Assembly (NCBI RefSeq): GCF_964204645.1 | Contig: NC_134028.1 | Coordinates: 14,701,653-14,765,652 of the forward strand | Direction: 5' to 3' | Length of the DNA stretch: 64,000 nt | Source: Tubulanus polymorphus | Taxonomy: Eukaryota > Animalia > Nemertea | Shown: in pieces, positions 37,231 through 49,550 of the stretch | How positions within the stretch are numbered: position 1 is the stretch's first letter | Layout of the letters: each line of letters begins with the position of its first letter | Made by a program: the position numbers and the translations under genes | The notes under the pieces: model-generated | Seen by the model: only the letters and a program-made list of their open reading frames with translations | Database searches by the model: none | Told to the model about the DNA's origin: nothing

Positions 37231-40047
37231 TCCGGAATGTGGTATAAAAAACGCCTATCTGAACTAGAACTCTTAACCACAAACTCAATTTGTTTATTAG
37301 TCAACATAGATGGCATTCCATTGCACAAGTCTACCAATACTCAATTTTGGCCAATCCTAGGCATGTTTAACCGATGTGAACCATTCATTGTGGCTTTGTT
37401 TTATGGAACCCAGAAGCCGAATAATGTAGATGATTATCTCCATGATTTTTTTAAGAATATTCAGCGTTGAAGGATACAGGAGTTATGTATAATGATATCT
37501 TGTACCATATATCCAAAACTGTATTTGTGTGTGATGCACCTGCACGTACATTTATTAAATGTATAGTTGGTATTTTGCTTGCGAAAGGTGTGAAATCAAG
37601 GGTGAATATAAATCTGGAAGAGTTATCTTTTCTAGTCAAGAAAGATTTGAAAAGAGGACATTGGACAATTTCAATTCAATGGTATATGAGGACCATCAGG
37701 CACATGGAAGATCTCCAATCATTGATGCTGGGATTAACTGTATTGACACTTTTCCGCTTGATTACATGCACATTGCATGTTTGGGTGTAGTAAAGCGTAT
37801 GTTGAAATATTTGAAAAGGGGTCCTCGGTTAGTGCGTCTCCCAGTGAGGCAAATCAATCTCATATCTGATTCATTGAAGGCATTTCGTCTCAAAATTCCA
37901 TCTGAATTTGCATGGCAGCCGATGGCTCCTCTCAGATTCGACCACTAACAGCTTATAAACGTAATTTTCATTTCTGTCAGAAATATAACTCAGTGCCTGA
38001 CCATTTCGAATTTGCGTTTAGTAATTTATTATGAATTAATCCTGTGTAATTACCGGGTCCAAACAGCGACAAGAATAACGCAAAGCATTGTCATCCATTG
38101 ATAAAAGTACATCCCGAAAAGCCTACAAATTACCGGATGACCTCGAGCGTCAAACTCAACCGTAAATCGCGAATTCAGACTTACAATTACTCCGGATCCG
38201 TCATTTACTGCGGACAATATGCAGCCAACATGGCGGATGGTTGAAATCATTTTCAGCAAAAATTTATCGCAAATTTATGGCGAGTTTTAGGAGTCAATTG
38301 ATTAATTCTATTAGTAAATCAATTTACGTTGGCTACATTTCCTGAAGATTTCTGGCTCAAATCAACGTAATATGGACAGGTATGGTAGGGATTTTCCTAT
38401 GGAATTTGACTTCCGCGTTCACTTGACAACTCGGATCAATGACAACGACAGGAGAGTTTATGCAATTCAAGGTGAGAATCCACTAACCAGGGAATGTTAG
38501 ACATGATTTCTTGGTCTAACTGCAGTTAAGGTTACCTTTCCACTGGGTGGTGCTATGATATGAGTACATATGATAGCAAATGAGTACTCGGCAAAGCAAT
38601 GATCATTGTTGGCTACCTACTTGCCTAATGCCTAGCTTTTTTTGGGGGGATACGCCTAGAATAGATTTAGGCCCTTAATGTAGTGTGTAGAGCCATTGGA
38701 AAGCCTTAGTAGTTAGTAAGGGACTGGTTTACACTATGTATACGACTATTTATTTCGATTACTTTCCTTCCAGCTAATCGTGGAATGAACTGGTCACTAT
38801 GGTCTTCAATTCTTTTGCCGATTCTTGCAGCTGGTGGGAATATATTTAAACCACAGTGTGCAAGTGCACGTTTCAAATTAAGCGTCTCGGATGCTGTAAT
38901 AGTTTTTTTCTAATGTCATGTTTAAAATATTTGGATCAGTAATCAGTCGTGCTAGTGTACATGCAGAAATGGATTCATTGTTTATTATGGGATGATAATT
39001 CACGGGCATCAAGAGTCCTACGATATACCCTTGATATGAAGCTTTTAAAAGTTTATCAGAGACTTGTTTTGGAGTTTACCGAATAGCCCTTAAAATACCG
39101 AATCCACATACCGAAAAAAATACCGAATCTTGCTCTGCGAGACAGTAGTAATAGATGTTTCACGACAAACGCACAATTTAAATATTTATTATACTTTCAC
39201 TCCTCTATGATATTACATAACTGAGTAATTCTTACATTAGATTGCTTAATTACAGGTGGAAAGAGGTCAGATGGCATGAAAATCGGCTGTGGCTGACTAA
39301 TTGACGCGCGCAGATAAAGCGTTGAGGTTTCAAAAGATGTCGCCAAAATGCTTGTATCATCAGGTGTAGACAAATTATCCGAAGATAAATGAAAACTCCA
39401 CCTTGTTGATCATCAGATGATTTAGCTGTAATTATATCGTCTAGATCAATCGACACATAATTAATTTCAAAATCTGTGTTCAGTAGAATTTCTTTCAATA
39501 AAATAAGAATCTATTTGACAAATTTTTTACTAATGTATTCAGGAGTGAATCTTAATTGATCTCAAAACCAGAGAAAGCATTCTTCAAAATTCAGAAAATC
39601 CTAGACTCATAATCAAATTCTGTGAAGTCATTTAAAGTCTTTTGCTCGAATCAAGCCAAGGGCTCAGGTGGCTAAAATTCAATTCCTCACTGTCCTATAA
39701 TGCAGAGTACGACAGAGTTTACACACTGAAAAACGTTGCGCTGTGTAAGTGTAATTTGAATGTCAGCAATATAATGACGACCCTGCCCCGCGCGCTCCAT
39801 CTGAGACATAAATAAGTTGGACTGTATTGCTTCGATGCTTTGACAAATGGACTCCTAATATCCACATATCCAGCATAATGTTGCATCAGGTTGCGCTTCT
39901 TGGCAATAGTCATATGTTATGGGCTAGAATTATTTCGATGAAATCTTCGTACGCTTCCCAGTTCGTCATATGAACCAATTAGGTAGAAACCCGTTATTGC
40001 TGCTATGCAGCTATATTTTTCATTGTTATTCTTTGATATTTTTGCAG

Positions 40048-42422
40048 ATGACTTAGAATCGGATATATCCGATGTTGAAAATGAAGGTAAAATTTAAAAT
40101 AAGTCTGGTTCAAGTGTCTTTTGAGCACTAGAACTCAAGATACTTCTTTTAAAGAATTATATATGTATTGAAAAATTGCAAAATGAATTATTTTATTCAA
40201 AGGGTAAAATAGTTCTAAAAATTAGGATCATCTACCAGATTTTCTTTCGTTTTTATCTGAGAAAGTGGCTTAGGACATAGGCTAGAACATAATTGGTCGT
40301 AGACCGATCCATATCATTAACTTAAATTGTTTCTTGTAGACAATTCTCAGGTTCAACTGCCGAAACCCCCGGTTAAACTTATAAGGGTGGTTATACCTGA
40401 AAATAAGGATAACATGTGACAGAAGTAAATCTGACGATCATGTTGAATATATTTTTATTGTCTTCCAGGTGCGGTTTCTACAAAAGCTGAGACAAGATTT
40501 TCTCAGACTAGTGATGACCCAACCCCAACTAATCCGACAGTTTCAACTGAGGGTATGTTTTCAAATTAAGTAACACCCCTTTTTAGAAAGCTATCTATCC
40601 CCACACTCGCAACATTTTGCTACCTAAAGAATTTGAAATGTAAAAGATGTTTCTCTGCATATTCAATTCTTATGAACTATTTTGTGTGTTCATGAACCCG
40701 GAAACCCCCTTTCAGTTCTTTGAATCTACGAATAAGCCCCCCATCTTGAAGTCACTCTACATCTCCCAAATTCCCTTTATAATTTTAACAGTAAACATTG
40801 ACTTTGACTCAAAGTAAGTTAATGTCTGAGAGTTAGAGTTCGTTTTAAACACTACGAGCATACAAAGGTGGTTGGAAATTTAAATTTGTCCAGTATTGGC
40901 GCTCGCGATTCTCAATTGTACAATAAGTTCCATAATTCCTTACAGGTTTCAAAAGTCCTTCAGCATTTCGAAGTCCTTCACCAGCTTCTTCGAGAAATTC
41001 TTCACCATTTGAGAATAACGCCAACAATCCGTTCAACTTCAAAAGCATTTCACCAGCACCTGAGGACAGGGGATCTTTTCCCGATGTCAACAGCATAGTA
41101 AGAATTAACATTTTGACTGAAGAAATGATTTTATATTAATTCTTTTGGCGACACGAGTTGAAAGATTTTATATGCATGAAATTATGGGGCTCTAAAACCC
41201 TTCATAAAAATCTGTGCATGAATCCTGCTGGGCCTTATACCATAAGCTGGTTTAACATGTTCTTACAGGGTCATTTCATTTTTAGCCACTTAGGGCATAA
41301 ATCCCAGCGGGTTGTGCTGTTCACTTTTCATCTTCTTGTTCATCTGTGCATTGACGGAATCCAGTGTTATTGGGAATTTTGAAGACATTTCTTTGGATTT
41401 TCTTGATATTTGGTTTATATAGGCCTATATGAGTCTACCCTAGATGCATATGCAACCCAAAAACAGGCATGATAAGATCCAAGATGGCCGACTGGCAGCT
41501 ATTGATATTTGGTAATATTGGCCACTGCATTGGAAAAAAATGTGACATCTCAAAATCATTCAACTATGTGTAATTCGTAAAGCCAAGTCTATGATTGAAA
41601 TGAGTTTAAAGCTCTTTAATTATGCTATTAAATCATTAGTGGGTGTTAGATATTGAAAATATCTACCTGTCAAGCATTTCACCACGCAGGCTTGGCGTTC
41701 TTGTACCCCCAGTATTTAATTACAGCTTTTTTTGTAAGCATGTGTCTATAGAAAATTCAAAAATGTATTTATTTCAGAATTTCAGCGCTAAGTGTTACAT
41801 GCTTTGAATGACATTAAGTGTCAAATGAATAGGATTTTAGATCAGCGTGAATCGGCAGATTAGGATTTCCATTTAGTTGTAATGAATGATATAGAAGAAT
41901 TCCAAGCTTTGGAGGAGAAATTAAGGGAGCCACAGGAACATGTACTGTTGGTAAATCTTTTCATTAATATGAACCTTAAATAGTGATTAGATGCGGCTTA
42001 TTAGATAACAGTATTACAAGGTAATGAGGGTGGATCTAAGGTCTGATTGAGGGAGGGATACACCATATAGGACGTGTCATAACTAAAAGGGCACCTAAGC
42101 CCAACCAAAAGGTGCAGAGCGGTTCGGAACATTTTGAAATGGTTTTATTTCAGTGAATTGGCACTTATGATGTAATCAACTGTACCATGTTTTTACCCGC
42201 TTACTTTCTGAAGACTCCCTTATCCTGGAGCCATGAAATATCTGGGAACCTTGACAAAGGCGCACCCCTCTGAACACACCACTGGAACTTTCTTTTAAAA
42301 TTTACTTCGTCACTGGTAGCATGTACTTCGAAGACGGTACTTTTTTTATCATTTTAGTTGCAGAGACTAAAAAAAGTTGGGGGAGAAACGTTCAAGGATT
42401 GTATTGTGAACATAATGAGGAG
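40048..42422 (+). pseudogene. Spliced CACTA second-gene (DUF4806-like) remnant; exons about 40048-40086, 40469-40552, 40947-41097, 41778-41950, 42358-42422
   Basis: Each exon is bounded by AG/GT with a pyrimidine tract. Reads S/P-rich, FPMSTA, FQR*VLHALNDIK..EEFQALEEKL, LQRLKKVGGETFKDCIVNIMR. In-frame stops present. Confidence 0.6.
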
Positions 42423-43779
42423 GTAAGAGTCTACAAGGTGTTTCATTAACATTTTAGCCGAATTTTCCTGTATGTTGTTACGGCCATTCAAAAATGTAAC
42501 CGTGTTTCTCGTCACAACACGCGTGGGAATTATCAGTGATGAAAATCAGTTAAAAATAGAATGATGGCTACTGCTAAAATTTAATGCTACCCTGCTAAAA
42601 CCTCAGTGCCCTGCCTAATGTTTTTTACTGCCCTGCTTAAATTTTTTTTTTCGGTTTCGTTGTGGTATGCGTAATTTACGGGAAGCTAAATCAACAAGAT
42701 GTGCCTACAAAGTTATGAAATCGGATGCGTGAAATGTTCTAGTAGTTGGAACGTAGCCAACTTCTAAGATAACGGTGGTCTCTAGAATGATTGGCAGCTC
42801 AGTGTTCGGAGCCTACTATCAATATCTACGAGAGTGCTCGCTGCATATGGCACGTGTCTCTGATCAATAAAGTTTGTTTAGCGTCTGTGGATCATCAATA
42901 AATGTATGCGCAAATGATGTTTATATACATTTTTGTTGACTGCATCATTGATATTGTGTCATATAATATCTAGTAGGATTTTCTTTGAGCTGAGTAAAGG
43001 TAACACATAAAAAAAAATTATATGTAGCGGTGATAGTCAAGCCTCAACGTGAGTGTGACATTGTATTCATATCCCTGGCCAAGTGCCAAGTACCTGGTTT
43101 TCTGGAAAACTACAACTAAGCCACGTATTGAGGCATGTTCTTCTCACTACACGCCACGCTGCCTCGGCGCTGTTGCTTGTAAAATATCTTATCTTATATG
43201 TCCCATTTGATTTCATCGAAATAGACTTTACACTTCAAAATCGTCTCGCTTTATTTTCTAAAAAAATTGCATGTAAGTGTTTGTTCATGCATTCATTCTC
43301 TTCAGTGCGTAGTTCGTCGTCAGTTTCTCTAAAAATAGACAACCATCATAGTAACTGAGCCACTCGCCCAGTTTTCGTTGATAGATTTATTGTGATATTT
43401 GGCGTCCAGCATAAAAACCATCTGTGACTTTTCACGAATTCCAGTGTGATTTTCTGTCTCAGACACTCTGCGGGGCGTTAAATTTTAAAAATTTTCTTGG
43501 GGAGGGCCCCCAAACCTCCCTCAGTCGTCGCGTCGTCGTTGAAGAACAAGGATAATATATCATACTGCCCCTGCTATAAATTTGACCCGTGGAGAACGCT
43601 GCTACAGCGATACATTAATCACTCTCCTGAAATGAATTTCAAACTTATAAGTAAGGATCTATTGCGTTAACATTTCGTCCATCGTCTGTACACCTGAAGA
43701 CAATCCAATTATTTTGGGAAGTTTTCAAGACGCTCTAGAGGATTGTTTGATCTTTGGTTTATACATGTATTTACCCTAG

Positions 43780-44266
43780 CAGAGTTGCCACTTATGTGAA
43801 GCTAAAAATCTGGAAAATAAGTCGGCGGGTCTGGGGCCCTCCCCCGGAAAATTTTTCAAAATTAGAACGCCAGGAGATGCGTTCTGGCGCAATACGCGTT
43901 ATAGGCCTCACTTTCATTACCGCCTACAGATCATTTTTTCAAATAGCGATTGGTTCCGTCAAATACACCTCATATATAAACCAGAGCCAAAAACAAACGA
44001 AGCGTCAGTCGATTTCGATCGTCGCGTCATCTTGGTTTAATCGTGTACTGCAGGGTTGTTGCCACTACGTGGCAGCACAATACGGCTTTTTTGAACCCTC
44101 TACGGAGCCGTCACGTTTTGATGTTTAGGGTCGAATCCCGAATTGATTTATTTTTTTCGCGGTGTTTTCTTTTGTGGTTATTTGACTTCTCCCGAAAATC
44201 CGGAAATGAAATTGGATTTTTTTTGAATCCGGAATTCCGGAGAAATCCGGAGAAGTGGCAACTCTG
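43780..44266. mobile_element. MITE with 7 bp TSD (P-element-like), inserted in a HINE family 2 copy
   Basis: ACCCTAG|CAGAGTTGCCACTT ... AAGTGGCAACTCTG|ACCCTAG. Confidence 0.85.
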
Positions 44267-47200
44267 ACCCTAGATACAAATTCTGCTAGTTAACTGGCCT
44301 GACCAGAATAAAGATGGCCGCCATTCTTGTTCGCCAAAATCATAGTAGGGGGTACCTCGATTCTATGCAATAGGGAACATTGCAGTTTGCCCCTAAAACA
44401 GACGTGAGTGCGTTATTGTGTGCCCTTGCTCCGATGGAATCACGCACAAAAATGCCCTTATTTGAAATCAGCACCCAGCCCTTTTTTAATGCTAGATGAA
44501 GCACTGTTAGACACATGTTGTGATTGTTAAACATGGTAATTTAATCTTTTTATCTAATAATCAAGATATTTAATGTCAGTCATGTTGTCCTTGCCTGGGA
44601 GAGTTGATTTGAACATTTGCATTTCATTTCATACCAGTCAATTGTAAGGTTGCTGCTCATGACATTCTTCGATTATGTTAAGTTTCAAGGTTATTGGTGT
44701 GTGTAAATGTCCACCAGGTACACTTGAATAGAGGCTAAGCCAATCATAGAGGAGGCTTTGCTTTCTGATTGGCTTTTTAAAACAGATATTTTTGCGATCA
44801 GATTTTCGCGAAAAAGCTCGTATAAATTTCAACGAGGCCCTCTTTCAAAATTCAGCTTCATCGGGGTTGGAAAATGGTAATGCTCTAATGAATGGTTTTA
44901 TGAATATATGCTAAGTTGCACTGTCAAAGAGCCTTTACTCTAGAAACCATGTCATTTAAATTCGCTCCATTTGTATAGCAATAGGCTCAGCCTACGGCTG
45001 GCCTAATAAACTAGGCACATGTATGTATTAGTCTACCGTAGCAACCTAGCACCGTACTGGGTGAGCAGTTCAGTAACTACAATGGTAACTACAATGCTGT
45101 GCACACAGCATGTTTGCACTTGATTGATGGTAGGCTTTTTGTGTTCATTGCTTGGAACTAAGGGTTCCGAGTTCACATAAGTTCTGTTTTTTTACAACTA
45201 ACACAACCGAGGGGTCACATTCATAGGTGCATTGAATGTCTAACATAACTGGATTTGGTCAACGGACAGACCGACAAACGGACTAGAAGTGAACAAAACA
45301 ATATGACTTAATAAACAAGAGATCCACAGATCTTTATATCTCAAGATGCATTAAGTCAAATGAAATAATTGTGGGACCATTAAGATGTTAGACTAATCAG
45401 ATGCAGGACCAATGGGATGTGGAATGAATTGTGGGGCAAATGAGTATCGTACTCTTTCACCAAGAACCTTAGTGTCTGTTGTTCCACAATGTTGGTTACA
45501 ATAGGATCGTAGAGCGACGGAGATCAATGTGGAGACAACCACTGCCAGGGCTGGGTGAACAGTACTCTATGTTATAAATAATTACTTATTTCGTACGATA
45601 AACCCTAAACCGAAAGAAAATCTAATAGCAATCTAATGTCAATCAGCGCGGCGACGGGTTTGGGCCAATTCAAATGAGCGCCCGTCCACGATGTAGCGTA
45701 TCGATTGAATCTCTAATTTTTGCATAATAAAATAGTTGTGGGGAGATTGAATCAATACGACGATTATCAAATTAAAAGTAAACATACAATGAAACTGTCC
45801 AATTAAATGAGAAAGTTATGAGAAATACTACAAAATGGCACACAAAAATTCGAGCAGATTAAAAGACTGGTTTGTCTGCGTCGTATAATCTAATATGCCC
45901 TTACTTTGATTGGCTGCAGGAGATCAGCTAACTGCAGGGAGCATTTATTTTACATCAATTAGACGTCTAGAAGTTTTATGAAACAAAATGCTCATTGGAA
46001 TGTTCTTAAAAATTTGACAAATTGACGAATTGACATTTCAAACAGATTTTTAGCCGCATGAATAAGCTACATTTTGCACATAAACATAGTTGATTGCATG
46101 ACTTCGTATAAGTGTTACAACCCCATTTGTAAACAAAAATTCGATTTTTGGACCCATTACAACAAAATAAAACCTCTCAAATAAGATTAATTCCTGAAAG
46201 TTGTTCCTTTACCTCTTCATTACCACTTGTGACGTATATCTACGTTGCAAATAATGACCTCTCACCATGCATGACAAATTTTTACGTCACAAATACCGTA
46301 CGTTACATTATCTGCTGTAGTGAAGAGGTTTAATGTTGTAAATTGAGGTAATATATATTGAATAGATATCAATACTTTTCTGGATTTCTGTTATGAATGG
46401 CCGACGCCTATACTAACTAAAAAGTAGTAAGGAATGATATATAACACGCAATGTACCCCATACTTACTCTATCTTTTTTATCAGAATCAAGTCCAATAGA
46501 TGCAGGAGTTCCAGGTAATACATCTGGCAACTGTATGAACAGCAACTCTCCTTCCTCTAAAAATATAGTTTCATAATCTCGTAAAAAGGCAGTCATTTTT
46601 CACAAAAATATATAAGATTAGACATTATCATCAGCGCTTCATCTAGCATTAAAAAAGGGCAGGGTGCTGATTTCAAATAAGGGCATTTTTGTGCGTGATT
46701 CCATTGGAGCAAGGGCAAATAATAACGCACTCACGTCTGTTTTAGGGGCAAACTGCAATGTTCCCTATTGCATAGAATCGAGGTACCCCCCACCTACGAT
46801 TGAGGACTAGATACTATGTTTAACTCTGATTTTGCCATGAGTGACACACTTGACCACAGTACATCCTTACACCTATGCCTGTCAATGAACAATAGTTAAT
46901 CTGATAAGGAAAAATGATTTGGAAAACCAGTTGCAGACAAAAAAAGCAGAAAAAAGCAATCTCAAAAAGCAAATCTTAGAAATATCAAATTAATTGATTT
47001 AAATTGATAGTGTTAGTGATTGGCAAGTAACTGTTGATAATTTGTAAGCAGCCAGCTTAACCCTTCGTGAGCGGCTCCCGACTATAGTCGGGAAATCTCG
47101 AACCACGGAAACTAAGCGTCTCCCGACTTTAGTCGGAAATTTTGTTTCCGATTGCTCTAGGAGGTGCTGCCACCCGTGGCTTACCGGAAAACTAATCTGC

Positions 47201-47269
47201 GTTGTAAATCGATAGCGCACGGTGTACACTAACTGAACAAGTGTCTGTGACGTACTAATACATGTAGTA

Positions 47270-49361
47270 ATGGCTGCCTCCAGGCCGAAACGAATAACAC
47301 TTGATGCTGCACTCAGCTATTTTGAAGGAGACTCAGATAGTGATGAATTATCGGATATTTCAACCAGTAGCGTTGCTTCAAACGGTTTAGTTGTTAGTAA
47401 CGATGAAAGTAGAGGGTCAGTCGAAGTGAGCAGCGATGAATCGGTGAATTGGAACATAGCCAGGACGATGGTGATGGGGGGGTAGGGGATAACGTTGCCC
47501 CACCCCAAAATTTGCAGCATCGAATCCTTGACCACAAGGACTGGGAGGATATCACTGAAGGTGATAGACCGGATTATCCTGTTAGTGAAGAATTTACAGG
47601 AAACCCAGGTCCAACGGTGAGTTTTCTTATCTTTTTATGATGAAAATTGTTGTCAGGGGTGACCTATTGTAAAAAATTTTTTATCCCGACCATAGTCGGG
47701 AGCCGCTTTTGACCGTTTTTTTTCCAGTTCTAGGGAACAAACCCAGAATTTTCATTTCTGTTTCAGAATAATTAGTTTGGTTATAGAACAGTTATTTAGT
47801 ACACATATATGTTTATATATTTCAGCTTCCAAGAATGGTAGGACATGAGCCGATTGACTACTTTCGGCTATTTTGGCCGAATCACGTGCTCGATCGAATT
47901 TGTCAAAACACCGACACCATAACCAGAGCGAAAATTGCTGCAACTGACGTGGCTGGAGACCTAAAACCATCTTCAAGGCTGAGAAAGTGGAAAACACCTA
48001 CTCGTGAAGATTTACTTTGTGTTTTTGAGATGGTGATCAACATGGGTGTCATCAGATTGCCATCGATTTGGGACTACTTCTCAGCACGGCGTACCATAAA
48101 TATCCCATTCTTCCATAACAGCATGCCACGTGATAAGTTTCTACTCTTGTTTTGGAATCTTCATGTGGCAGAGCCCATAGCTGCAGGACAGCCTTTGCCA
48201 TCCAAAGGATACAAAGTAGCATGGCTTGTTGAGCATGTCAACAGCAAAAGTCAAGAATTCTTTACTCTCGGCGAGGGGATCTCAATTGATGAGACCATGA
48301 TTCTATTCAAGGGCCGCATTGGGTTTTTACAGTACAACCCAAAAAAACCCATCAAGTGGGGAATGAAAATGTATGCCCTAGCTGATTCCAGTACTGGATA
48401 CAAGTACAAAATGAACATGTATCTGGGGAAGGACCCTGGTGCCGGTGATGCTCCAAATGATGCGGAACTGACCAAAGTTGCCCAGACTGTGATGAATCTT
48501 GTTGATGTCATCGACACTCCTGGTCATATATTAGTCATGGACAGATTTTTCTGGACCATGGCTCTAGCAGAAAAGCTCATTGACAATGGCTTTTCCATTC
48601 TGGGTACAATGATGCCTAACCGTAAAGGCCTGCCTCCGCCCATGAAAAACACCAAGGGCATGAAGCGTGGCGATTCGAGGGCGGCAAGGAAAGACGATAT
48701 TATGGTACTCCAATGGAGAGACAAGCGTGTCATTACCATGATATCAAGTATCCATGGTCCTGATGAGTGGACTGATGTTCCTGCAAAGAAAGCCGGTGAC
48801 CCCCCACGCCACAAGCCTACATGTGTCACCGATTACAATCGACTCATGGGTGGCGTCGATGTCAACGACCAGCTTGCTTGCTACTATAACTTCGAGCGAA
48901 TATCTGTAAAATGGTGGAGGAAAGTATTCTTTCATCTCCTCGAAGTTACGATTGTGAATGCTCACATCCTCTACCGGCAGGATTGTGAACTCCGTGGCAT
49001 TGACAAGAAGGATATTCTGTCAACGAAGAAATTTCGCTTGGCGTTGGTCGATGAAATGTCACCACACCGGGCTAATGCCCGAGTACCACCACCTGTTGAT
49101 GGTGGACAAAGACCTGAAAGACTTGATGGAGCCCAACATTTCCAATTGAAAGGAGACAACCCCAAAGAATGCAAAGTGTGCTCTGATCGAAAACTGGGCA
49201 AAACATTTCGTAATGAGACAGTATACATGTGCGGCAAATGTGGGGACCGCCCACCCCTCCACCCAGAGTGTATGTTGCGATATCATTCAGTTGTGAACTA
49301 TAAGGCCCCAAAAGAGAAAGCAGCAACAAAAACCAAAAATTTCAGTGGTGGAAAACTGTAA
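47270..49361 (+). CDS. piggyBac transposase (PGBD4-like); exons 47270-47616 and 47826-49361; one frameshift near 47440-47480
   Basis: SIDETM, YNPKKPIKWGMK, VMDRFF, YNRLMGGVDVNDQL, KWWRKVFFHLLE and a Cys-rich tail CKVC..CGKC..LHPEC..YH; phase-0 intron GTGAGT (47617) ... TTTCAG (47825). Confidence 0.93.
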
Positions 49362-49464
49362 AAATGTAACAAACAGTAAACTTGAAACATTCATGGTGTT
49401 TTTATTTGAAAGAACATGAAAAATACATATTGTACATACTGATAAGTATCATTTTCGGAACGTG

Positions 49465-49550
49465 TATATACGTATACATATATATTTATAAATATATATA
49501 TATATATATGAATATATATATATATTTATAAATATTTATATATATATAAA
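49465..49550. repeat. Imperfect (TA)n tract in the piggyBac 3' region
   Basis: Degenerate TA repeats. Confidence 0.85.

Larger units (their letters stand above)
34135..37948 (+). pseudogene. EnSpm/CACTA transposase remnant, interrupted at 34436-37239
   Basis: ELAMWAVKNRIT..LPGDLRTLLETPR..HIYFGSE, then after the insertion VNIDGIPLHKSTNTQFWPILG, PFIVALFYG..KP, VCDAPARTFIKC, CERC, FPLDYMHIACLGVVKRML, IPSEF. Confidence 0.88.

Noticed and set aside
48251-49329. Several minus-strand ORFs (also plus-strand ORFs 9600-10415)
   Set aside because: Antisense shadows of transposase coding sequence
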